Shown here piece by piece: positions 25,194 to 32,039 of a stretch of 41,795 nucleotides of DNA (positions are counted from its first letter, which is position 1; each line of letters starts with the position of its first letter). Made by a program: the position numbers and the translations under genes. The notes under the pieces were generated by a model that did no database searches, was not told the origin of the DNA, and saw nothing but the letters and a program-made list of their open reading frames with translations. The stretch covers positions 1 to 41,795 of the forward strand of contig JASHQF010000030.1 of assembly GCA_030037695.1 (NCBI GenBank). The letters run 5' to 3'. This stretch comes from Thermoplasmata archaeon (GTDB lineage Archaea; Thermoplasmatota; Thermoplasmata; Lutacidiplasmatales; UBA184).

Positions 25194-25889
25194 CTAGCGC
25201 TTCCGCCCCCGAGCCCGTCGAGCCCGCTCGGCGAGGAACCGTCGCGTGTTCGCCTCGTCGAGGCGCTGGAGCCGACCCAGCTCCCGCACGGGCTGGCGAT
25301 GCTGATCGACCCGGAGGTCGACCCATCGGTCCGGCCAGGCGGGGTCGAACCAGCGCTCGCGGTGCACGACCAGGAGGGCGGCCGATTCGGTCCCCCGACG
25401 GTCGCCCCCTTCGCGCGCCCCGGCTCGGAGCGCCTCCCAGAGCCGTCGCGAAAGGACCCCCCGACTCCGCTCGAACGCCCGCGCCATCGCCGGGACGATC
25501 CGGTCGCCGGAGAGAAGGTTCCCCTGGCAGGCATAGCCCTCGCCGAGCTGGTGTCCGGCCCACGCGTGGCACTCGCCTCCCGTCCAGGCGGCCGCCCGCC
25601 CCCGCCGGTCGACCACGCCGAGCTGCCTCCGCTCGCGGCCCGCGTCGCTCCGCGTGAGGAGCGCGACGACCTCCTCGGCGGATCGCCCCCGGCGGAGCGC
25701 CGCGATCCCGCGTGCGCCGTAGCCATAGTTCGCGTCGGCCTGCGTGGCGAGGGCCCCGACGCGCCAATGCGCCCAGGGGACGATCCCGCCGACGCTCATC
25801 GGCTTCGTGGCGACCGCCACGCCCCAGAACTCCCGCGCGTCGTCGCAGGCCACGATCGAGAACGTCCCCGGGCCCCGGAGCGCGGACAT
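25194..25889 (-). CDS. DUF1028-family (Ntn-hydrolase-fold) protein
   Basis: The N-terminal GTFSIVACD, then VGALATQADAN, RQLGVVD, CQGNLL and GGDRRGTESAALLV match the DUF1028 pattern as I remember it. Confidence 0.75.
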   Translation of the reverse strand: MSALRGPGTFSIVACDDAREFWGVAVATKPMSVGGIVPWAHWRVGALATQADANYGYGARGIAALRRGRSAEEVVALLTRSDAGRERRQLGVVDRRGRAAAWTGGECHAWAGHQLGEGYACQGNLLSGDRIVPAMARAFERSRGVLSRRLWEALRAGAREGGDRRGTESAALLVVHRERWFDPAWPDRWVDLRVDQHRQPVRELGRLQRLDEANTRRFLAERARRARGRKR

Positions 25890-25961
25890 CGCGGGCGCAG
25901 TCCGGGCGGGTTCTTAGGGGCCCCCTCCCCGAGGCGCCCGCGCCGCCGGTCGAAGCGAACG

Positions 25962-25967
25962 TATTTT
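25962..25967 (+). promoter_or_regulatory. TATA-like box (TATTTT) about 28 nt upstream of ATG 25993
   Basis: The spacing fits a leaderless transcript starting at the C2H2 microprotein ATG. Confidence 0.45.
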
Positions 25968-25992
25968 GACCCACCCCGCATCGTCCGACACG

Positions 25993-26160
25993 ATGACCCC
26001 TCCCCCTCCGATCGATACCGTGGGAGCGCGCCCGACGGAACTAGTCCTCTACCGCTGCCTCGTTTGCGGGTTCCAGTCCCTCAAGGGCGACGAGATCGGG
26101 GAGCACCTGATGCAGCACACCGAGGCGGCGAAGTACACCTTCGCCACGGTGGTGAAGTAG
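25993..26160 (+). CDS. C2H2 zinc-finger microprotein (55 aa, one classical finger)
   Basis: YRCLVCGFQSLKGDEIGEHLMQH is exactly C-x2-C-x12-H-x3-H, with a hydrophobic residue 3 positions before the first His. I prefer ATG 25993 over the track start 25966 because of the TATA spacing. Confidence 0.65.
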   Translation: MTPPPPIDTVGARPTELVLYRCLVCGFQSLKGDEIGEHLMQHTEAAKYTFATVVK

Positions 26161-26276
26161 CCGACGCGCGGGGCGACCTCCGCGCTCGAGGCCGCCGCTC
26201 GGAAGTGGGCGGCGGCCGTTCGTTTATCTGCTAGGAGACCCCTCTCGTCGCGAGGGCTCCGAGGGAGGGAACGACG

Positions 26277-26435
26277 ATGGGGTGCGGGATGTTGAAGGTA
26301 GCGTGCGACGACGGCTTCCAGCTCGTCTCCAAGGACAAGGCGGAACTGGTGGGCATGGTGCAGCGGCACGTGGAGCACATGCACCACAAGAAGGTCAGCG
26401 AGGCGGACGTCCTCGCGATGGCCAAGCATCCGTAG
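26277..26435 (+). CDS. DUF1059-like small metal-binding protein (52 aa)
   Basis: Absent from the ORF track (under 60 aa). GAGGGAGGGA SD lies 7-16 nt upstream, and a TTTATC box at 26223-26228. My translation is MGCGMLKVACDDGFQLVSKDKAELVGMVQRHVEHMHHKKVSEADVLAMAKHP. Its layout and His-rich helix resemble DUF1059. Confidence 0.55.
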   Translation: MGCGMLKVACDDGFQLVSKDKAELVGMVQRHVEHMHHKKVSEADVLAMAKHP

Positions 26436-26531
26436 GTCGCGCGCGCCGGCCGACGGGACCCAACCGTTTCCTCTCTCCTTCGGCACTCCTGAGCGACGGG
26501 GTTGCCGATCTGCGAGTCGAGCGTGGGCCGG

Positions 26532-26909
26532 TCACGCCTTCGAGGCCGGTTGAAAGACGAGCGAGATCGAATTGACGCAATGGCGCGTGTTCTTCGGGGT
26601 GAACCGCTCCCCCAGGAAGACGTGACCGAGGTGGCCCCCGCAGCGGCCGCAGCGGATCTCGATCCGCTCCCCGTCCGGATCGGGCACGCGCTCGACCGCG
26701 CCCGGGATCTCCTGGTCGAAGCTCGGCCAGCCGCACCCGGCGTCGAACTTGCTCTCCGACCGGTAGAGCGGGGCGCCGCATTGCTTGCACACGTACGTCC
26801 CCGCGGCGGTGGTATGCTCGTACTCGCCCGAGAACGGTCGCTCCGTCCCTCGATGGAGGATGACCGCGGCCTCCTCGCGGTTCAGCTTCCTCCACGTCGG
26901 GTCCGGCAT
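26532..26909 (-). CDS. msrB: Peptide-methionine (R)-S-oxide reductase MsrB
   Basis: Internal ATG at 26909 ([18 protein letters not shown]...). CKQCGAPLY...GCGWPSF...[12 protein letters not shown]...RHCVNS carries the MsrB zinc CxxC pairs and the catalytic RxCxN motif. The track ORF 26532-27431 is shadow upstream. Confidence 0.9.
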   Translation of the reverse strand: MPDPTWRKLNREEAAVILHRGTERPFSGEYEHTTAAGTYVCKQCGAPLYRSESKFDAGCGWPSFDQEIPGAVERVPDPDGERIEIRCGRCGGHLGHVFLGERFTPKNTRHCVNSISLVFQPASKA

Positions 26910-27012
26910 CGCTGACCGGCCCCGGGCCCGTGGAGGAGAAAGCGATGGCGGTGCGCAGGGCAGCGAGTGACCCCGCGCGCGAGGTCGGCCGCGCGGAGCC
27001 CGGGGGGCGTCG

Positions 27013-27405
27013 ATGCTCCAGCTGAAGCGAGCGTACGATCGGGCCGATCCCGAGGACGGCGTCCGGGTGCTGGTCGACCGCCTCTGGCCGCGGGGGGTCC
27101 CCAAGGAACGTCTCCGCGTGGACCTCTGGGCGAAGGAGCTCGCTCCGAGCCCCGAGCTCCGCGTCTGGTTCGCGCACCGGCCCGAACGCTTTCCCGAGTT
27201 CCGGAGGCGATACCGCTCCGAGCTCGCGTCGCACACCGAGCAGCTTCGGTCGATCGCCGAGAAGGCCCGGCGAGGCACGGTGACCCTCGTCTTTGCAGCG
27301 CGCGAACCGGCCCGGTCGAACGCCGCCGTGCTCCGGGAGGTGCTCGAGGCGGCCCTGTCCAGCCGGCCGACGCATCGTCGCCCGCGCCGGCACCCAGGGG
27401 GCTGA
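27013..27405 (+). CDS. DUF488-family protein
   Basis: [48 protein letters not shown] is the DUF488 signature. Confidence 0.8.
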   Translation: MLQLKRAYDRADPEDGVRVLVDRLWPRGVPKERLRVDLWAKELAPSPELRVWFAHRPERFPEFRRRYRSELASHTEQLRSIAEKARRGTVTLVFAAREPARSNAAVLREVLEAALSSRPTHRRPRRHPGG

Positions 27406-27562
27406 CCCCGACCGCACGCCGGAGGACCCACGGCCCAAGCCTGGAGCCGGACCGGGTCCGGCGCGGAGCGCCCGACGTGGGGCCCGGTCCGCTGGTATAT
27501 CGTTCTATCCGTCGCCGGCGCGACGCCAAAGTTGAAAAGGGGGAACCGCCGAGAACATCGCC

Positions 27563-28273
27563 ATGCCTTCTCGCTACGAGCGCTCGCTCGGGACCGCGGT
27601 CCTCGCCCTCGGGGTCGGCCTGTTGCTGTTCGGATTCTATCAGGCGTACGTCGATCTGGAGCACCTGCCGAACGACCAGGGCCCGACCGCGCAGTTCACC
27701 TGGTCGGAGAGCGGGCTGCGAGCCAGCTTCGTCGACGGGTCCTCGGCGGCCGGCAGCACGATCTCTACGGTCTACTGGTCGTTCGGCGACGGGAACACTT
27801 CCTCGGCGGCCGATCCCACCCACACCTACGCCAAGGCGGGAGCGTACAACGTGACCCTCATGATCCAGAGCGCCAACGGCAACAGTGCCGAGACGCTCGC
27901 CCTGGTCGCCGTGAACGCGACGGGGACCGCCTCGGGCGGCAGCTCCCCGAGCGAGCCGATCGGCGGCGGCAACGGGATCACCTCGATCCTCTCCCCGATC
28001 TTCGGCGGGGTCTCCGGGTTCTTCCGGACGACCGAGACGTTCGTCTTCCTCGGGGTCGAGTACCTGGTCGGGGCGGCGATCCTGCGGGCCGGCTGGAACC
28101 TCATCACCCCCAAGGCCGAGACGATCCAGGTCCGTGTCAAACCCCGCGACCTGCAGGTCGAGCCGGTGGAGCCTCCGGTGTCGCGACCCGCACCGTACGC
28201 CGCGAGCTCCGTCGCGCCTCTCGCCCCGTCCGGGGGCGTCCCGTCGACGACGGCCTCCCCGGCCAGCCCCTAG
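27563..28273 (+). CDS. Membrane protein with a PKD domain
   Basis: N-terminal TM helix, then a PKD block ([17 protein letters not shown]...[11 protein letters not shown]...[13 protein letters not shown]), a second hydrophobic segment, and a Pro/Ser-rich tail. Confidence 0.75.
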   Translation: MPSRYERSLGTAVLALGVGLLLFGFYQAYVDLEHLPNDQGPTAQFTWSESGLRASFVDGSSAAGSTISTVYWSFGDGNTSSAADPTHTYAKAGAYNVTLMIQSANGNSAETLALVAVNATGTASGGSSPSEPIGGGNGITSILSPIFGGVSGFFRTTETFVFLGVEYLVGAAILRAGWNLITPKAETIQVRVKPRDLQVEPVEPPVSRPAPYAASSVAPLAPSGGVPSTTASPASP

Positions 28274-28394
28274 CGCGGCGCGTCCCGGGGGGAGGCGCGC
28301 GGCATGCGCCTACCGCACGGCGGCGACGGGGGCCCCTCGGCGGCCCGACCGAAACCGTCAACCGGCCGGGCGCCTCGCGCCCGGAAGGGCTCCC

Positions 28395-28595
28395 ATGGTG
28401 CAGAAAGTGACGGAGGTCGTGGGGACGTCGACCGAGGGGTTTGCGAAGGCCGCCGACAACGCCATCCGGACCGCGTCGAAGACGGTCCGGAACCTGCGCT
28501 GGTTCCGGGTCACCGAGCTCGAGGGGCGGATCCACGACCAGAAGGTCAGCGAGTACCACGCCACGGTGAAGATCTACTTCGATCTCGAGGCGTAG
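28395..28595 (+). CDS. Dodecin (flavin-binding/storage protein)
   Basis: Internal ATG at 28395. MVQKVTEVVGTSTEGFAKAADNAIRTASKTVRNLRWFRVTELEGRIHDQKVSEYHATVKIYFDLE matches the dodecin family along its whole 66 aa, including the flavin-stacking Trp in NLRWF. Confidence 0.85.
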   Translation: MVQKVTEVVGTSTEGFAKAADNAIRTASKTVRNLRWFRVTELEGRIHDQKVSEYHATVKIYFDLEA

Positions 28596-28616
28596 ACCCT
28601 GCTCCGGAACCGGTTC

Positions 28617-28642
28617 GCTCCCCGGCACCGGGCCCGGGGAGC
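28617..28642 (+). terminator. Strong hairpin 22 nt downstream of the dodecin stop
   Basis: GCTCCCCGG-(8 nt)-CCGGGGAGC forms a 9-bp perfect stem. A second shorter CGTGCG/CGCACG hairpin follows. The function is speculative. Confidence 0.3.
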
Positions 28643-28740
28643 ACCGGGCTGCGTGCGAGAGCGGCGCACGGGCCTAGGCTTTATGATGCCGCACGAGGTC
28701 GTTCGAGGGGCGCCGGGGTGACGCCGGGAGACCGGGTTCG

Positions 28741-30174
28741 ATGACGGCTGCGGATTCGCGGTACCTGCGCATCGAGGTCCCCGAAGAGCCCGCGCGGGAG
28801 AGGACCACCGACTTCCGGGAGGTCCTGCGATCGTACACCCGCGAGGAGGCGATGCTCGAGGGCCAGCGCTGCCTCCAGTGCGCGCTGCCGTTCTGCGTCG
28901 AGGCGTGCCCGATCACCCAGGATTGCCGCGGGTACATCGGCCTGGTGGCCGAGGGCCGCTTTGACGAGGCGGCCCGGCTGACGCTCCGGGAGAACCCGCT
29001 CGCGACGACCCTGTGCAAGGTCTGCTACCATTACTGCGAGGATGCCTGCGTCATGAAGGGACGAGGGGTCCCCATCGCGATCCGACACCTGAAGCGGGCC
29101 GCGCTCGAGTTCGGGACCTCCGATCTCGAGTACGTGCCGAGCGCTCCGAAGTCCCAGCGGATCGCGATCGTGGGCGCGGGCCCCGCGGGCCTCATGGCCG
29201 CCTGGGAGCTCGGGCTTCGGGGGTACCCGGTGACGCTGTTCGAGGCGCAGCCCGCGATCGGGGGCCAAGCGGGCGCGATCCCCCACTACCGGATGCCCAA
29301 CCACGAGCTCCTGGTGGATCTCCAGCGGATGCGCACCTTCGACCTCACGTTCGTGGAGGGGCGCCGCGTCGGGGTCGACCTCACGATCGACGGCCTTCGT
29401 CGCGAGGGGTACCGCGCGATCCTGCTCACGATCGGGGCGTCCAAGGCGAGCTATCCCGGGATTCCCGGGGAGAACCTTACCGGTGTGCTCCCCGCGCTCG
29501 ATTTCCTCTACGACGTGAACCAGGGTCGTGCCGTCGTCCTCGGTCGGAAGATCGTCGTCGTGGGAGGCGGGGACGTGGCGGTCGACGCGGTGCGGACCTC
29601 CCGCCGGATCGCCCCCGGAGCCCACGTGACCATGGCGTACCGACGCACCCGGGGCGAGTCGCCCGCCGGCGAGGAGGAGATCCGCGAGACGGAACCGGAG
29701 GGGATCGAGTTCCGTTGGCTGCTCGCGCCCAAGGCGATCCTCGGATCGACCCGTGTCGAGGGGATGGAGTTCCAACGGATGGAGCTCGGCGCTCCGGACG
29801 CCTCGGGTCGCCGCGCCGTCCGTCCCGTCGAGGGGGCGATCGAGACGATCCCCTGCGACACCGTGATCCTCGCGATCGGGGAGAAGGCGGACCTCACCGG
29901 GATGCCGGCGGAGCTCGGGCTCAAGATCGGGAACAAGGGCTGGCCCGAGGGCGGGCGGCCCGGCTACGCCACCGAGGCCGAGGGGGTCTTCGCAGCCGGT
30001 GGTCGGTCCGTGGTGCACGCGATGGCGGCGGGTACGAAGGCGGCGGAGGCGATCGATGCCTACCTCTGCCGGTGCGATGGACGGGTGCCCGGACCTCGCC
30101 CCGACCCGTTCGGCGGCCCGGAACCGCCCCCGGCCGTGCCGGAAGGGTACTCCGCTCCCGCGTGGAAGCCGTAG
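28741..30174 (+). CDS. GltD-like NAD(P)H-dependent FAD/Fe-S oxidoreductase, paralogue B
   Basis: Collinear with paralogue A and the same length (477 aa). Shared blocks are QRCLQCALPFCVEACPITQDCRGYI, LCKVCYHYCEDACV, GRGVPIAIRHLKRAA, IAIVGAGPAGL and IVVVGGGDVAVDA. A TTTATGAT box lies at about 28680-28687. Confidence 0.85.
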   Translation: MTAADSRYLRIEVPEEPARERTTDFREVLRSYTREEAMLEGQRCLQCALPFCVEACPITQDCRGYIGLVAEGRFDEAARLTLRENPLATTLCKVCYHYCEDACVMKGRGVPIAIRHLKRAALEFGTSDLEYVPSAPKSQRIAIVGAGPAGLMAAWELGLRGYPVTLFEAQPAIGGQAGAIPHYRMPNHELLVDLQRMRTFDLTFVEGRRVGVDLTIDGLRREGYRAILLTIGASKASYPGIPGENLTGVLPALDFLYDVNQGRAVVLGRKIVVVGGGDVAVDAVRTSRRIAPGAHVTMAYRRTRGESPAGEEEIRETEPEGIEFRWLLAPKAILGSTRVEGMEFQRMELGAPDASGRRAVRPVEGAIETIPCDTVILAIGEKADLTGMPAELGLKIGNKGWPEGGRPGYATEAEGVFAAGGRSVVHAMAAGTKAAEAIDAYLCRCDGRVPGPRPDPFGGPEPPPAVPEGYSAPAWKP

Positions 30175-30261
30175 ACTTCCCCGGGGCCGCCCGGCCGAAC
30201 GTCGACCCCTGGGCCTCGCGCGCCGCAAGGTTAAACCCCTGACAGCACCGTTCCCCGCAGG

Positions 30262-30582
30262 ATGAGCGGCCAGTTCTGCACGCGATGCGGCAAGCCGATC
30301 GCCGCGGGCGCGACCGTATGCGGAGCGTGCGGGGCGCCGGTCGGTGCGGCGCCGGTCCCCCAGGGGGGCACGGCGCCAGGCTCACCGCCGCCGCACGCCT
30401 GCGCGAACTGCCGCGCCGCGATGCGATGGGTGGGCCACTACAGCCTGCGGGCGACCGGACATCACGGTGCCCCGGCGGGGGCGCCGGTCGACATGAGCCA
30501 GGCTCCGGAGTCGCTCCTCCCGTTCAGCCTGTACTACTGCCAGGGCTGCGGCAAGTTCGATTTCTATTATCCCGGAACCTAA
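30262..30582 (+). CDS. Zinc-ribbon protein (two CxxC pairs at each end), hypothetical
   Basis: FCTRCGKPIAAGATVCGACG at the N-terminus. CANC...YYCQGCGKFDFYYPG at the C-terminus. Confidence 0.6.
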   Translation: MSGQFCTRCGKPIAAGATVCGACGAPVGAAPVPQGGTAPGSPPPHACANCRAAMRWVGHYSLRATGHHGAPAGAPVDMSQAPESLLPFSLYYCQGCGKFDFYYPGT

Positions 30583-30618
30583 CGGCCGAGGGTCGCGGCG
30601 CCCGGCTCGGGAACGTCG

Positions 30619-31305
30619 GTGGCGTCCACGGGGGCCGGCGCGCCGCTCCTCACGCCCTCGGGAACGCGCGACCTTCTCGAGGATCGCGCGGACGCAGGGC
30701 GGGCGCTCGCCGAGCTCCTGGACGGGGCCGTCGGCGTGCGACCGGTGGTCCTGGCCATCCCGCGCGGGGGCGCCGAGGTCGCCGAAGAGATCGCGGCGCG
30801 GCTCGCGGCGGATCGGGACCTCCTCGTGGCGCGCAAGATCGGAGCGCCGCGCGATCCGGAGTACGGCCTCGGGGCCGTGGCCGAGGGCGGGGTCCGATTC
30901 CTCGATCGGGCCCGGATCCGTGACGCCGGGGTGACCGTGGCCCACCTCGAGCCGCGGATCCGAGCGGAGGAGGCCGAGGTCGAACGCCGTTCCGTCCGCT
31001 ACCGCGCGGGGCGGAACCGGCTCCGCCTCCAGGGGAGGGACGCCGTGCTCGTCGACGACGGGGTAGCGACCGGTGGGACGATGCTCGCGGCGATCGAGTC
31101 CGCACGGTCCGCGGGGGCCGCCTCGGTCTCCGTGGCGCTCGGTGTCTGCCCCCCGGCGACGGCAGAACGCCTGCGACGACGGACGGACCTGCTCGCGATC
31201 GTCCTGGTGCCGCAAGCGTTCGAGGCGGTGGGGCAGTGGTACCGGCACTTTCCGCCCGTCGACGACGAGCGCGTGGGGCGGTACCTTCGGCTGACGCCGC
31301 CCTAG
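30619..31305 (+). CDS. Type I phosphoribosyltransferase-family protein (COG1926-like)
   Basis: PRPP-binding loop AVLVDDGVATGGTMLAAI. The N-terminal DRADAGRALAELL and VLAIPRGG are typical of this predicted PRTase family. GTG start. Confidence 0.8.
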   Translation: MASTGAGAPLLTPSGTRDLLEDRADAGRALAELLDGAVGVRPVVLAIPRGGAEVAEEIAARLAADRDLLVARKIGAPRDPEYGLGAVAEGGVRFLDRARIRDAGVTVAHLEPRIRAEEAEVERRSVRYRAGRNRLRLQGRDAVLVDDGVATGGTMLAAIESARSAGAASVSVALGVCPPATAERLRRRTDLLAIVLVPQAFEAVGQWYRHFPPVDDERVGRYLRLTPP

Positions 31306-31538
31306 GTCATGTGGGCGGAACGGTTGTGCCGCTCGAGCGCGGTGATCGACGAGAGCTTGGCACCGCAGAGCGAGCAGGCGACCTGACGGGACCCTCCGCG
31401 GGCGGCCGGGGTCGTCTGGCCACCGTGCGACTCCCGTACGTGGGTCTCAAGGATCTCCGGGGATCGGAACGCCGACCCGCAGTGCGGGCAGATCGCCTCC
31501 GATTCGTCGTACTCGACGTACGGCACATTCCCCCGCAA
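31302..31538 (-). CDS. Double C2H2 zinc-finger microprotein (74-78 aa)
   Basis: Finger 1 is CPHCGSAFRSPEILETHVRESH and finger 2 is CSLCGAKLSSITALERHNRSAH. Both are C-x2-C-x12-H-x4-H with the (F/L)-x5-L-x2-H core. The start is TTG 31538 or GTG 31526. The stop overlaps the PRTase stop within CTAG. Confidence 0.7.
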   Translation of the reverse strand: MRGNVPYVEYDESEAICPHCGSAFRSPEILETHVRESHGGQTTPAARGGSRQVACSLCGAKLSSITALERHNRSAHMT

Positions 31539-31685
31539 GGGATCCGCTCGTAAGCTCCTTTCGCCGCCGCGTCGCGGCGGGGAGAACCGCGTCGACGGGG
31601 CCCCGGAGAGTTCGAGGGCGGAGCGCCGCCCGGCTCGGCGTTCGGGCCCGTGCTAGCGTCTCCCGGTGCGTGCCGGGCAACGGAT

Positions 31686-31862
31686 TCAGGGGATGATCTC
31701 GACCTCGGCCTGGGGGGCCCGGAACCCGACCTTGCGATGGGTCCCGTCACACATCGGCTTGTGCTGGGAGTGACCGCACCGGCACAGCACCGCGACGGCC
31801 TTCCCGTCGACCATCACGAGATTCGGGCCGTTCTCGCTGGAGAGGACCTGGACCTTCGGCAT
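31686..31862 (-). CDS. CDGSH-type iron-sulfur domain protein (58 aa)
   Basis: Absent from the ORF track. My translation is MPKVQVLSSENGPNLVMVDGKAVAVLCRCGHSQHKPMCDGTHRKVGFRAPQAEVEIIP. CRCGHSQHKPMCDGTH is the C-x-C-x2-S-x5-P-x-C-D-G-x-H [2Fe-2S] signature. A strong GGGAGGGGGGAG SD lies just upstream. Confidence 0.8.
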   Translation of the reverse strand: MPKVQVLSSENGPNLVMVDGKAVAVLCRCGHSQHKPMCDGTHRKVGFRAPQAEVEIIP

Positions 31863-31972
31863 GGAACTCCCCCCTCCCGTCGCCGGTCTGCATATGCCGT
31901 TGTCGGGGTCACCGACGACCGGGGCCCGCTCGACCGGCGCGGAACTCCCTCGCTCGGTTCCTAACGAGAATA

Positions 31973-31998
31973 GAGACTATCGAGATTACTATAGTCTC
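31973..31998. promoter_or_regulatory. Inverted repeat GAGACTAT-N10-ATAGTCTC in the AT-rich divergent intergenic region
   Basis: Perfect 8-bp arms (31973-31980 and 31991-31998) lie immediately upstream of the TATATA box of the PhoU-like gene. This is a candidate operator. Confidence 0.35.
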
Positions 31999-32009
31999 CA
32001 GCGATAATG

Positions 32010-32015
32010 TATATA
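32010..32015 (+). promoter_or_regulatory. TATA box (TATATA) about 27 nt upstream of ATG 32040
   Basis: It lies in the most A/T-rich spot I noticed in the window (GATAATGTATATAG). The spacing fits a leaderless transcript of the PhoU-like gene. Confidence 0.5.
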
Positions 32016-32039
32016 GTGCCCCGGGTGCGTGGTCGTGCG

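Noticed and set aside
26910-27431. The N-terminal extension of msrB in track ORF 26532-27431.
   Set aside because: It is antisense to the DUF488 gene and has shadow composition. MsrB-family sequence starts at Met 26909.
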